64,000 bases of DNA from the NCBI GenBank assembly GCA_010093605.1, contig MU004181.1, positions 930,001 through 994,000 of the forward strand, written 5' to 3'. The notes under the pieces were generated by a model. It saw only the letters and a list, made by a program, of their open reading frames with translations. It was not told the DNA's origin and ran no database searches. This document shows, piece by piece, positions 10,261-23,052 of the stretch (the first letter of the stretch is position 1; each line of letters opens with the position of its first letter). A program made the translations under genes and the position numbers. This stretch comes from Lophium mytilinum (lineage: Eukaryota).

Positions 10261-13200
10261 ATGGCACCGGTAACCCCAGAGAAGCCTCTTAGCAAGAGCT
10301 CACCGACCGCCTCAAAGAATTCCGCCTCTCCTAATACCCGGACCTCAGCGGATCGAAGTAAGACGACCCCAACGCCACCACCAACAGGCAAAACATTGCC
10401 CTCATCGACAGACCCGCGAAAGCGCCAGGACTCAGTGAGCTCGTCTTCACCTCCAACTCCTCCTTCCCGATCATCAAAGGCATCGTCTCCTGGCTCGAAA
10501 CTTGCGACTGGGTTATCAAATGTAGAGCTATCTCCCAAGTCCAAATCGTCAGATACATCCTCGTCAAGCACAACGGACGACAGGTTTCCAAAGTCCCGAC
10601 TTTCATCAGTCATTTACCACGACCGAGAGTTTCTGGGCGCAATCATATGCGACGTCAATCGCGGTCCCAAGCTTCAAGTCGTCAGTGTTCTGATCGAGAT
10701 TCCCAAGAAATACGAACACAACCGCAAACTACATCGTGCAATCTTTACAGAGCTGTTCAAAAGTGAACTATTTAGACTTTTTGAAAGCGATGGAGCGATA
10801 AATTTCAAGACTGGAATGCCTAAAACCGTGGATGCCAAACCTACGACGGGCAAAGCAACGATTTATGGCGAGCTCGTGATGACGGAAGAAAAAGCTAAGT
10901 TTCAAAAGCCGATTAAATCAATTCCAATCAAGGGGTTTATCAAGGGTAAAGGTGATGCTGTTGAAAACGCCATCTGTACCGTTGAAAAGGTTCAGACCTA
11001 CACCTTGGACGATCATGGGGAAGAATATCTTAAAAGACTAGAGGTTTTGTTAAGGAATTCTCCGAAGTCGACGTCAAGTGGAATTCATTCCTCAAAAGGC
11101 CAATTCTCGTATCCGAAGCCACCCCCAGGCTTCAAGAAGCGCAGCGTAGCGGCATTGAAAATCCACCCTAGGGTCGAATATGTTCCGTCTATCCAAAAAG
11201 TCGACAACAAAGCACAACTGCGCTTTGATTTTCGTGTCGGAGCCTATTACGACAGCTGCCCGGTCACCGAGATGCTGTTCAGCTACTTTGGAGAGACAGT
11301 CATGTGCAAGGGCCTCTGCCAAAACACGCCAACGCTTCGAAGACTAGAAAGCCTACTCGTCGGCCTACCCGTTCGCCGCTCATATGTTCCACTTTCGATA
11401 AAAGACCGAGGACCGCACAAGCGCGACGCGTCTAACAATGTGGAGAGTCGCGTATTGAAAGACTCTGAAGTCATGGATGAGGGCTTCCATATTGAAGCCC
11501 GCCGTTCTCGAATCAAAGCCGTAAAAATGCCTGCGGATATCTACCCATTCGAATTCACAGAGAAGGCAGAGGGCACGACGAAGATGACAGTAACGCGGTA
11601 CTTTGAAGGGTGTAAGTGAATATACCATGGGGAACTCAAACTGTCTGCTAATGCCGCCCAGACATCCGACCAGGGGCCGGCAACGGGCTGAAATTTCCTA
11701 ACCTCCCTCTCGCTAACATTGGCGGAACTAAAGAAGGTAGGGAAGCCTGGGTTCCATTGGAGTTTCTTTGGATTGAGCCCAATCAAAAAGTTCCTGTAAA
11801 GCTCTGTATCCTCCAAGGAGACTCCAAAGCCTTTAAGAAGTCGATTCCGCCTGAAAAGCCGACCGGTGGCAATGATGGAGATCGTTTCTTATCCAAGATA
11901 GCCGACGCTTGGCTCTGTGGCCCTTGGCTCGACGGTGGCACGAAAGATACAGTCGACAACAAGCACGTAGGTATTTGACCTCAGAATGACATTTCTCGAG
12001 CTGACAATTGCGTAGAAAATAAGATGGTCCAACCGAAAATTCGAGGAGCCACCAGAGAACCAACTACTTGAACTTGAGTCGCCACCTAAAACTGACGCTA
12101 AGCCTCGTGTGGAGACCCATGGCAAGGGACGCTTGGAGCGTTTTGGGCTGTTGAATCTGGTTTCTTTACAAGACCCCGATATAGAGGCTTTGGAAGACCG
12201 GTTTCGACTTGCAATCCCAGCGTTATCGAAAATGGTGTTGGGCTCCGTCAACAATCCTCCAAAGTATTGGCCTGGCCGGGTCAACGATACTACCGAGCTT
12301 CTTTCTGATCCTGATAAGTTTGCCAAGCACTTTGATTCGAAGACCCAAGGTGCCCTGCTCTGCCTCATGGACCCGGTGGGAAAAGATGCGAAAGAAGTTG
12401 CCAACGCAACCGCCGACTTTCACCGCTTTGGAGACCTCGTAGCGGGCGTACCAACTGTACACGCATCGAAGGCAGTTCTGGAAGCTTTACCAGAATGGAA
12501 AGATCAGGACTATTTCCCAGCAAACATTGCTCGAAAGCTGAAGTTCATGCTTGGTGGTACGAATTACCAGACAGACCTTGCCGCGAAGCTCAAGGACATG
12601 AAAGTGGACGGAGAGGTCATGGTAGTTGGTGCGCATATCGCTCACCCTGGAGCCGGGCCTACCGAAATGCTACAAACAATAGATGGACCACCGAAGATAG
12701 CATACCCCTCGATCGCTGCGGTGGTCGCCAGTGTCGACGACAAACTCGTACACTTCCCTGGATCTATGCGATTGCAGAGAACTTTCGACGCGGGAATTAA
12801 GGAGTCAAAGGATTCCAATCAAAAGCCGAAAGTGATTCGCACTACGAGAGTGCGAATCGATGATTTGAAGAAGATGATGGTAGAAAGGGTCCAAGCTTGG
12901 TCTAAGAGAAATGGCAAGAAGTCTCCGAAGAACATCCTTTTTTTTAGGGACGGTTTGACCCGAGAGATGGGTGACCTCATGACCCAGGTCGTGGATCAGG
13001 AATGCATGGCCATCAAGGACGCATTCCAGTCACTCAATCTTCAAAGTCCCGCAATCACCTATGTGGTCTTTACCAAGAAACTCAAACTACTCACTCATCC
13101 CGAATCTTCACCTGCGGGGCAGGTACCGTTCGAGTACACCAGGCTAGTAGCATCGACAGATGCTAAAACGGTTTCCCGCAAGAATTATCTCTACACCGTT

Positions 13201-13600
13201 CTCAAAGATGACATGAAGCTGGGCAAGGCCAATATGGAAGTCCTGGTAAGTTTATAATTCCAAGTGCCGTTAGAAAATCACGCAATCAGTATCACTAACC
13301 GTTCCCTAGACCGAAGCGCTCAACACTTCCTCCCAACTCGCGCGCCAAGTCGCCTGTGCACTTCCGGTACATTACGCCACCAAGCTCACCGCCCGCGGCT
13401 TCGAGTACATCCGAACACTCTCGGTGAACGACTATTCGCGACACCCGGATTTCGTGCCGCTGCTGGCTGGTGATAACTACAATGAGAAGGCCGACAAGGT
13501 GCTTGAGTACGTTCGCCAAGCTAAGTGGCTGTGGGGATGTGATGGAGAGAGGGGAAATCCTTGGAAGGAGCAGCTGGATGAGCTGATGTTCTATTTGTAG
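10261..13600 (+). CDS. Divergent Argonaute/PIWI-domain protein (PAZ-MID-PIWI), predicted catalytically inactive
   Basis: Exons 10261-11611, 11662-11966, 12016-13245, 13310-13600 join in frame (1058 aa). PAZ end LKFPNLPLANIGG..WVPLEFLWIEPNQ; MID ANIARKLKFMLGGTN; PIWI VMVVGAHIAHPG, PSIAAVVASVD, NILFFRDG, PVHYA; C-terminus LMFYL* as in fungal Argonautes. Confidence 0.9.
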
Positions 13601-15054
13601 TCTTATACTGATGTAAGGGCGAGGGGTAGCGTTAGCTGTAGTGAGTAGCTGAACGCGCTAATGTGCTCAACGCTAGATTGATGGGGTGGAAGAAGGGCGG
13701 ATTTCAACAATCTAGCTCTGACTCGGGCGTACTGGTGTTCGGAGTATGGTCAGAAGGGTCTGGTGCGTAGACGCGTGTGTGTGCATCTTTCTCAAAGCCC
13801 GTTAGCTAGATTTCTCAGAGTCAATGTTACACTCTTCCACGTAGTCCTACATAGTAGTACTAGTCACTCCATTTGTAAAGCTAGAGTAAGCATTGCTGCA
13901 GTTGGACTATTAGGTTTGGGTCTACCACTAGCGTTCCATGACTCCTGCGGTGTGCCTATATCCTGGTTGGGGGTAAGGCGATCGTATCAATGTGGGCCGA
14001 CACGTAGTCCGCTGACGATGTGACGAGACCTGTATACGAATGCGGATCTAGGCATCTAGGCATCTGGGCAATTCTAAGCGGGTGTCTACATCCGACGGAT
14101 GGTGTGCAGGCGGCCTTCAGCGTAATGCGGATCCTGCATGAGGATTTCACTACCTACTGTATAGTTTCTGAATATACGGACGCCATCCTTGCCACGTTCA
14201 CAACCTTCAACGTATCAGCTCAAATCAGCTCAACGCCAGCGAGCTACATAGATTGCGGGCTGGCCGGGCACACCCATTTTGGACCCATAGTTACTCAGAT
14301 AGGTCTAGATGATCGACAGCGTACCAAGATGGCGTACGTATGTTCCGAAACTATATGTACGGTATGCCACACTGATAACCACCTGCGTGGTTTGATCGAA
14401 GGCATTGTGGAGCTGTTAGCATTACAAAGTTTCGGTGGGAGAACGTGGTGAAGAGCGAATAGGGTCAATTCCTGATATCAGACTTGAGTTATTCAAAATA
14501 GTTTAGCCAATCGGGAGTACAGCATCTTTCCCCGTCCGGTGAACTAGACTAGTACGGATGCAACGCTGCAGGAGAAATAGGAGGAATTAGGGGGTGTGCG
14601 ATTACTAGTCCCCCTCTATCTGCTAAAAGCTTGGTACTCTGAACTGGTATATTTCAAGAGTGCTTCTCTATTACGGCTGACTTTGTGGCTTGATTTCGGC
14701 GCTAGGGCACCGGAGGCCGGAAGATGCCTGATTGCTGGGAATTGTCTAGTCCATAACGGTGCAATCCTTCAGAAGTGTCAAATGAAAATGGAGATGGAGA
14801 TTTGGATATACAGGGATACTCGCGCAATGAACTTGACTCGGTCTAGTGACAATGGATAGTACGGGCGGGTTTGTCAGCCCCCTTGAACCCCCTGTCTCTG
14901 TAAGTTACCTCATTCGGCCCCTACACCCCGCAACTTGTCCGGCGCGTGAACTTTCCTCGGAAAGCTTTAGGGCCGTTATCTATTTTTCCCCCGCGCCGGA
15001 ATCAATATGTTTTTCTATCTTCCGGGCTTCTTTCATCCCAGCGGTAGGTAGGCA

Positions 15055-16875
15055 ATGGTCAACATCGGCGGGAGGTCTAAAGGCTGCTCCAATTGCCGCA
15101 AACGGCGCGTGAAGTGTGGTATTTCATCCCTACTCCTCCTGTGCAGTTGGACAGAATTGACGATAGCTCTCGTTGATAGATGAAAGACGGCCTACTTGTG
15201 TTCGGTGTGAGAAAATCGGTCTTCTATGTACTGGTGTGAAGGAGACTGCGTTCATCGATACCAGCGCATTATTCCAGGTTGATGGGAGAGGCAAAGGATT
15301 GGCGGCGCTGCCCTCAAAGAGGACGGTGAACAATACTTCTAAATCGACTGATCTTACCTTTTCTATTCCACGGATACTTGGCTACTCTGCCGCCAAAGAT
15401 GACTTCTGCATTCACTACACAAGAGACCAAATCCTACGAGGGGGACCGGTTGAACTTGCCTCAGAGCTCGTCCAAGAGATGCTGCCTTCCCAGCAGACAA
15501 AGTACTCTAGAATACTGCACAGCGCCGTATTGGGACTTTCAATGTCGTTCTTTGGCTTTCAGCATGGGGACTCTCGGCTTGCCCATCTTGGATCGATGAA
15601 ATACGGAGCAGCGCTGAAAGGCCTTAACGACGTACTCTTGGATTCCGAGTGTTGTACGAGCGATCATGTCCTCCTCACCGTGGTGACCATGATTATGTAT
15701 GAGGTCAGAGTTTCTTCGTTCTTTTCTTGATCCTTGGTGCTTCAGAACTTGAAACAGGTGTACTTAACGGCTTTAAGATCATCCTTCGACATTGAGGCTA
15801 ATCCCAAAGACAGGTCCTTCACCCAACGGGCAAGGATAATTACCTAAAGCACGTTCTTGGATTAGAGCGACTTCTTGAGCTTCGTGGGCCCTCCTCGCTT
15901 TTCTCATCACCGTACACCGCCCGTATTTTCAGAAGTTTGAGACGTATTCTGATTTTTTCTTGTGTCACTGTGTCAAAGCTCTCGATAATGGCGCTCGAAG
16001 GGTGGAGACAGGAATCAAGAGACGGTTATAGCTTGCTAGAGCATAGGCAAGAGGAGCAGCTGGACTTTTTGGCCGATTGGATGGTTCTACGCAGTGAGCG
16101 AGACGCTTTTGCGGCAAAATGCCATGATCGGAACCAGGGAATGCTCCACGAAGAATACGAGCTGTTGTTGCGCAAGGCGGGAGCACTAAGAGACAGAATG
16201 AGTGCTTGGGGCCAGTTATGGCTGATCGAAAACACGCACGTCTCCAACTGTGTACCGACAACAGCTTATAGGCTTGAGGATGATGAAAGAACTAAATCAG
16301 AGCTTCAAGTGCTACCAATCGAGTACTCAAACCCGAGAACAGCTACAATGCTGGTACTATACAACGTAACGCTCATCTACGTTCTCGACCTCTTGGATTC
16401 CTTACCACCGCTCAAGCCTGGGACTCCGAACTTTGATACTGGCCGAGCAGAACGATACCCTACACCTGAAAGCCCAATAAAAGAGTTAGATCCTGTCGAG
16501 CGGCCGGCCAATCATCCCGTCAAACTCGACGGCGGCTACCACTCCACTATTCGGAAGGCCTCGCTTGAAGTCGGCCGCGCTCTGAGGTACCAACTTGCCC
16601 ATGGATCACAACTAGGCACTCCTTCTCTACTGGTTGGATACATCGCAGTGAAGACGGCGTTTCAAGCGCTGGGTGGGATTGAGTCGTCTAAGGATTTGGT
16701 CATATACGACTTGGTTATAAACGGGACAACGGTCGCAAACAAGATATGGACTTCCGATGGACGGATAGAAAGAGTGGAAATCGGGTCTTCTAACGATGCT
16801 TCGACAGCTAAGATTCAAAACAGCATCATTCGCCTTGTCTCGTGCACACCGGAGGGCCAACCTGGATTGCAATGA
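15055..16875 (+). CDS. Zn(II)2Cys6 transcription factor
   Basis: MVNIGGRSKGCSNCRKRRVKC|DERRPTCVRCEKIGLLC across an intron near 15119-15179. A second intron follows YE at ~15704; HVLGLERLLELRGP is typical of the fungal TF middle region. Confidence 0.9.
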
Positions 16876-17899
16876 AGCGAACGCTCTCCGATTTCAGCAT
16901 CAATCCACCCACGCAGGATTTATTGGTACAAGGCGTCATCATAGACACCCGAAAAGTCGTTTGCCACTGCGCGAGGAGCCCCAAGAGCTCCAGCATTCCT
17001 CATAAGGGCGAGTCCGGCATTTTGGACAAATACTAAACTCGCGAAGCTACCCCAGACAGCGTCAGCAGGTGTACGCAGATTGGAAGTGTCTACGGACAGC
17101 GGCAGAAAAGCGCGTGGATATCTGTAACAAGAAACTGTAACAAAACGAACTCATGGAGTTTACTTTGGGGGCTATAAACTCAACATAGTCCGGATTTCAA
17201 CCTAATTGGCTCAGAATTGCACCAAACAATGTGAATGAAAATCCATGCCACAACTCGACTATGAAGGTTATGGCGCTCTTTGAAAAGAGACACTCAAAGG
17301 AGACGAGGCGATTGAGACTAGAGCTGGACTAACCTTATATTCGCTTCAGGCCCCCTGAAAGTGTGATTAGGCTGCGAAGGAATCGGGAGGAGAAAAGCGG
17401 TGGCTGTCACGTGATCACGTCATTTGGTATTGCATCGGCCCTATCTAAGCCCCTTCGTCATCGTTAACAACTCTATGCCTTAGCTAACGCCTTGTTATCA
17501 TCAAACATCTACTAGCGCGTTTAATAGGTGGTATTGCTCTAGCCCTAGGGTGGCGACGAACCATCGGCCACCGATCCGCGTCCGACGAACTTCATAGCCT
17601 CTATTCTAGCCATTTTGGGCAACGCGCCTTACCGCAATTCATTCGCACGTTTGTCCGCAAACAGAATGGTGAGTGAGGTTGCTGGATCTTGAATTGAGGG
17701 GAGGTAAAGTGTGGCGGAGTAGTTGCGTACCACGGTTGCAAATGGTATAAGATATGCCCTTTATCCTGCCTGCAGACTCTTAAATCTTTACAGCACCCCA
17801 TTGTATCCTTCAAACAGCTTTAAATACTTATCTTTCCGTTGATCTATCACCGTTTTCTATATAAAACCTTTCTATTTGTAACTTTGGAACTCGGCTACC

Positions 17900-19421
17900 A
17901 TGGGACCACTTGTCAGAGGCGTGTCTAACATTATTGGGCTAGGCACAGAAGCGTATGCACACCGCAAGCGCAGCAAGTCTCCTTTGCCCGAGGGAAGCTC
18001 TGTCCAGGACAATGGGCTTGGTGACCCTGGAAACGCTACGCTCCCAGATGCAACTTCATCCACTAACCTTGCCCCACCGCCATACCCAGGCGGACGATCA
18101 CGAAGCAGCAGTGTTGGTTCGGATTCCCAGAGTTCCTATTACGAGGAAGACGAGGACGACTGGGCCCGAGATGAAACCCAAGCACAGCTTGAGGGGCAGA
18201 GAACGCATGACGAGGCCGCAGCACCTGAAAGCATGGATGCGCTTGTTGATAACTTCTTTCGCAAACATCCCCAGCCGCCCCCTTATCAAGGGCCGCACGC
18301 CAATAGACTCCCTTGTCCGGTTATCATTCCACAAAAGCGCCCCGAAGCCAAGAGCCATGGCTTTATTCGAGCTGTTCGTGCACATCTCTGTCCCTGTTTC
18401 GAACTACTTTTAACACTTCTTCTAGTACGCTCCCGCCCTCGCAGAATGCGGCATAGACCAAGCCACTTTCCTCGACTTCCTTGACAGCTTTACCACCTCT
18501 ATCAAAGGATCCCGCTACTTCAATGCAGCCAATCTTGCCGTCGCCGCGAGCGTACTATCTTACACTGTCGCCGTGACACCGAGCATCATCGTCCATGTTT
18601 CAGCAGCTATCGTCCACGTTTCAATCGAGACTGGCCGCCGTCTTCACCAGACTTCGCAAGTCAACCACTTCCTGGACCGCATGAACGAGTCGCTCTTCAA
18701 GCCCCACGGGCTCTACGCCCTACTCATGACCTACGACCCCAAATCTGCATCCGAAGGCGAGATCTTCGACATGCAGTCCAACGTCGCAACCGCCATCGCC
18801 AAGCGCGACGATCCAAAACGCAGGAAAATGACCAACTTCAGGGCGAGTTCAGCAAAGACCATGGGCGAGGAGCAGCTCCCAGAGGCCGCGCCCCTCATCT
18901 TCCCAGCGCTGGACGCGGCGTCAGACGAGCAGAAACTCAACGCATTCAAGCGCGCGGGTGCGTTCGTCAAGGATTATGGAGATCGGAAGGCGCAGGCTTC
19001 ATTTATGGCCAACCAGCCTGATTCGAAGCTGAACGTAACGCCCAAGCCGGAGTTCTCGAGCCGTTTCGCGGATCCGACTCATCCTGTACATCAGGGCGGC
19101 ATCCTGAACCTACTCACCGGTGGGGAATTGAAGAAGATGCGCGGTTCTCGAGCTGACAGTAGGAGGGAAGATAGAGGGTACGACACTGCACGCGACCGGC
19201 TTCATGACAGGCGAGCGGGACGACAGAATAAGAATAAGGTGGGCCTAGGGAAAAGTAGTAAAAGAGGTCTTAAAAGAGTTTTGGCGGAGAATGTGCTGTA
19301 TCTCATGATTGTCGACTTGCCGAGTGAAGAGGAGCTGCATCAAGCAGCGGAAAATCAGGCCAATATGAAAGCTGCCAGCGGTGGGATTTTTGGGCAGTTC
19401 ACAGGACAGGCGGCGAAATGA
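17900..19421 (+). CDS. Conserved fungal hypothetical protein
   Basis: Two exons (intron ~18376-18426). The motif LPCPVIIPQKRP..GFIRA|YAPALAECGIDQATFLDFLDSF and the C-terminal VLYLMIVDLPSEEE resemble a widespread uncharacterised ascomycete family. Confidence 0.75.
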
Positions 19422-19796
19422 CGAGAAAATATGAATGGGGAGTTCATACTTGTACTACTCTTATTTGATGTTTTGTGTCTTGAATCGCACTGGGTCCTAC
19501 CTATATCACTATATGCTACAATCTATATATAACACTATCAGTTTCAAATGAGCTTAATCAGAAAGCCTGTTAGTAAGTCAGCAGTTCCCAGCCTAGCGCG
19601 CGCCGCACGTCAAACATTCAAGGCTGCGCGACGGGCCTGGCACGCCCAGCTGAGAGCACACAGCAGACCGACAAGCCAGTGCCCAGGACTGTATAAGAGC
19701 ATGACTGCGCCTCGTGTTCCCAACCTCAGCTCCCGCTCTGCCTCCGCACCTAACGAATAACGAATTACGAACCCGCAATCTCCACTCTCCTCCACC

Positions 19797-20390
19797 ATGT
19801 CGCGTACCTCCCACACCCTCCACGTCGCCGCCCTCATCCCCGCCAACGTTTCACCCGCCGACATCATCGCGACCCTCCACAACCACACAAACTGCCTGAC
19901 GGTGCAGTCGCTGACCTGCGGCCACGAAGAAGTCCCCGCGCACGACACCGTGCAGAGCGACCCCTACTTCGCGCCGACGTCGTCGGCTCCGCCCGCGCCG
20001 CTCAAGAGCTACGAGGTCACCGAGGTCATCACGCTCGTGCCGGGGATCGGCGACTGGGGCAAAAAGACCATCAAGTTCTTCTCGCACTTCCAGGACACGG
20101 CGACGGGCTTGCGCACGCGGGCCGATGCCAGCATGGGCGTCGTGCTGCACGCCGAGTACCGCGTGCAGCCGGGCGGCGCGGATGGGGAGGTTGATGGGGA
20201 GGGCGAGGGGATTGGATACGCGGAGTGGGTGCTGGCGGAGGAGGTGACGGTGGAGTGCTCGTGGTGGCTAATGCCGCTCGTCAAGGGGAATGTGTATAAG
20301 GCGCATCGGGATATGGTGAGGAAGCTGGTGGAGAAGGTGATTGCGGAGAAGAATGCGCAGAGGATTGCGATGGGGACGGGGGCGTATTAG
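19797..20390 (+). CDS. Hypothetical protein, START/polyketide-cyclase-like (DUF7053-like) fold
   Basis: 197-aa ATG ORF with strong GC3 codon bias; IIATLHNH...YEVTEVI...EEVTVECSWWLMPLVKG pattern. Family assignment is from memory and tentative. Confidence 0.65.
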   Translation: MSRTSHTLHVAALIPANVSPADIIATLHNHTNCLTVQSLTCGHEEVPAHDTVQSDPYFAPTSSAPPAPLKSYEVTEVITLVPGIGDWGKKTIKFFSHFQDTATGLRTRADASMGVVLHAEYRVQPGGADGEVDGEGEGIGYAEWVLAEEVTVECSWWLMPLVKGNVYKAHRDMVRKLVEKVIAEKNAQRIAMGTGAY

Positions 20391-21755
20391 TGTGGGGATA
20401 TGCATGTGTGGGTTGGAGTTTGGAGTTTTGGGGAGGGTAGTTTTGGGGGGTATACCCATACACAGAGGGAAATAAGGTAATTCGTAATATCAACACTGGC
20501 CTGGGGAATCGGTTTGAAGTGTGTAGATACGGTTGAGTATACTGAGAAGCTCGAAGAGTCTTCGTGTGTTAATCTGAGGCGTACATCACATCTTCATAAC
20601 ATGTGGACGGCTATGTCTTTGGAAGGTTTTAAGATGTGCAAAGGCATATGGCCTGGTAGTGTGCATGATTCAATGGTTGTTTGTACCTCTAGCTAATCCA
20701 TCGTATTAACATCATTACGCTAAACCTCAGAAAGGTAATGCTCCAATGCAAGGATCTCAGCGTGGGGCCTGAAACGATAAAGCTGTGCCGGCTCTCCCGG
20801 CCCTGTGCGGGATACTCCTTCACACGAAGTTGTATGTATGTATATCCATACAGTGCATATATGAACGCTTTACTTAATGGAAAACCGCTAAGAAAGTCAA
20901 GCCGATCTTTTGCGGGCTCTATGAGAAGTCGTTCATATACTGAGGCAAGTGTTGTCGGCCCGCGGGTAAAGAAACAGTGAAGGAAAAGCTGTGGTCGCTA
21001 GACGACCCCTTACACTGCCACCACATGGAAAATAGCCCCCAGAATTGCTTAAATCAGACTAAATAAAGAACCCCTAGTAAGGCCGAGTCGTCCATCTTAG
21101 GTAAGGGCGTTCCGGCTTGCAGTTGAAGAGCTTCACCCATCGCTGGATCCTAGGTGACGATCATACTAACACCAGGGATCACAGCCACCATCGAATGAGA
21201 GCCTTTCCAGAGCGCCCGGTCCTTCAAAACTCTTACACAAGTAGCCTGAATAGGCGCTTGGGGCCTTTTTAGTTCCTCTCGTGGTCATCCTTTGCTGTGC
21301 CTCCAACAGAAACGGCTCCTAACGGTCTCAGCCTCAGCCCCAGACCGTGAGCCGTCAGCCCACTCCCAAATCTCCGGAACGCGTATAAAGACGCGCCTTG
21401 ACCCTTCGTGGGTTCTCTTAGATATTCCCAGCCTTACGGTGCTTAACCAGTTCATTGTTCATTGAAGTGGGATCAGTGTCGTTTGCGGTCACTTTAGTCT
21501 TTATCCCTTCCTTACATTCCTGTCAGGGAGTAGCGGTGAGGGCTACGGCAGGCACGTGTTACCTCTTGTATAGCCTCACCTTCCTCCAGACCTCTCTCTC
21601 TCCTACATCATCATTCATCCAATACATCACGTACAACGTCTACTTCTCTCCTGTTACGTGACAATTCCGTAGCGATTCACTTCAGCTCGGCCGATTCTAC
21701 GAATCACTCTACGAAACACTCTCCGTCTCCCTCGGTTCCCTCATCCACCTTCAAG

Positions 21756-22433
21756 ATGGCACAGAAGAGAGATTGGGAAAATAGCGGGGCTAGCTGCTGC
21801 ACGCCCTTCACAACCTGTGAGTGTGATCATTTCCAGTTTATGTTAGGTATATGAAATCATCAGAGCTAATCTTAATTCCAATAGGCCTCTTATCGAATTG
21901 CTGCCCATGCATTACCTACGGACGTACCTATCATCGCCTCACCAAGGGTAAAAATTTGGAGGGCTACTCCTGCTGCAATCTACCCGTAAGGCCTCCATCC
22001 TCACACTCTTCCAATCCCTCCCAACTCACTATGTCCTCAAGCCCTCATTCTGCAGGATCTTACTCACGCTTTACAGTGCGTCGGCTTCTGCCTGCTAGGC
22101 TCCTTCGGACTAAGCTGGATCATGTCAATGCTTCAGCGTGGCGAGATCCGGGCCGGCTACCAGCTAAAGGGCAACGGCTGCACCGACTGCCTCTGTGCTT
22201 GCTGCTGCATGCCATGCGATCTGACTCAACAGGACAAGGAGGTCCAATTCCGAGAGCACGAGAAGGCTGAAAAGGCCCAGCTCATTATCAATCAGCAACC
22301 CAACAAGGAGGCCCATATGGGATACCAGCCACAGCCGCAATACCACCCTCAGCAGGCTTATCAGCCACACGGACAGCAACAACAGCCGGTGCAATACCCG
22401 CCGCAATCCCAGCAACAACAGCAGCAGTATTGA
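21756..22433 (+). CDS. PLAC8 (DUF614) family Cys-rich protein with Q/P/Y-rich tail
   Basis: Three exons: MAQKRDWENSGASCCTPFTT|CLLSNCCPCITYGRT...QRGEIRAGYQLKGNGCTDCLCACCCMPCDLTQQDKE. Confidence 0.9.
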
Positions 22434-23052
22434 GTAATGCGAGACGTGGGATCGGAACGAGGATATCAGGGTGTATGAATCATTGCTTTGGGACACTGGG
22501 TTGGGAGGATCAAAGGACGAATACCAGACCGGCTATGGGTTCTGTTTCTATACGACAAGCTCGGTAATGAAGCTGAGTCGATGGGAACGTTTATGACTGT
22601 ACTCAATTAGAGGACATTTCCTACATTTCATGTCGGCGTCGATTCTTTCACAAGGCTTTGATATAATGTGTATGAGGCGATGAGATACTCACCAATCAAG
22701 CACTGCCCGGTGGCTGAGGGCGGGCCAATCACAGAGGCCCCTTTTGGACCCCAAAAGTCTAAATTAAGGAGGGCGAGGCGCAGCACCTACAGTACATAGT
22801 ACGAAACAATCATGATTGTAAGTATTCCCACCTTCTCTATCCTCTTAGAAGCCTTCTCGAGGTCACTTTGCTCGTAATTTTCTGGTCTTCTCATGTGAGG
22901 AACACCTCCCCTCAGCCTCCCAAAAATCCTGGACAGGCAGCAGTCAGCAGAGTCATAACAAGTGAAACACTTTATGTATCCAAGTTTCCTGTCTCCTCTT
23001 TTTTACATTCTCCTCGACTGCGATGCTATAAGAAAATCAAGAAATACCCAGG

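Noticed and set aside
16842..17130. Faint resemblance to a HET-6 C-terminal relic (GPTWI..FSINPPTQDLLVQGVIIDT)
   Set aside because: Too short and interrupted to support without a profile search.
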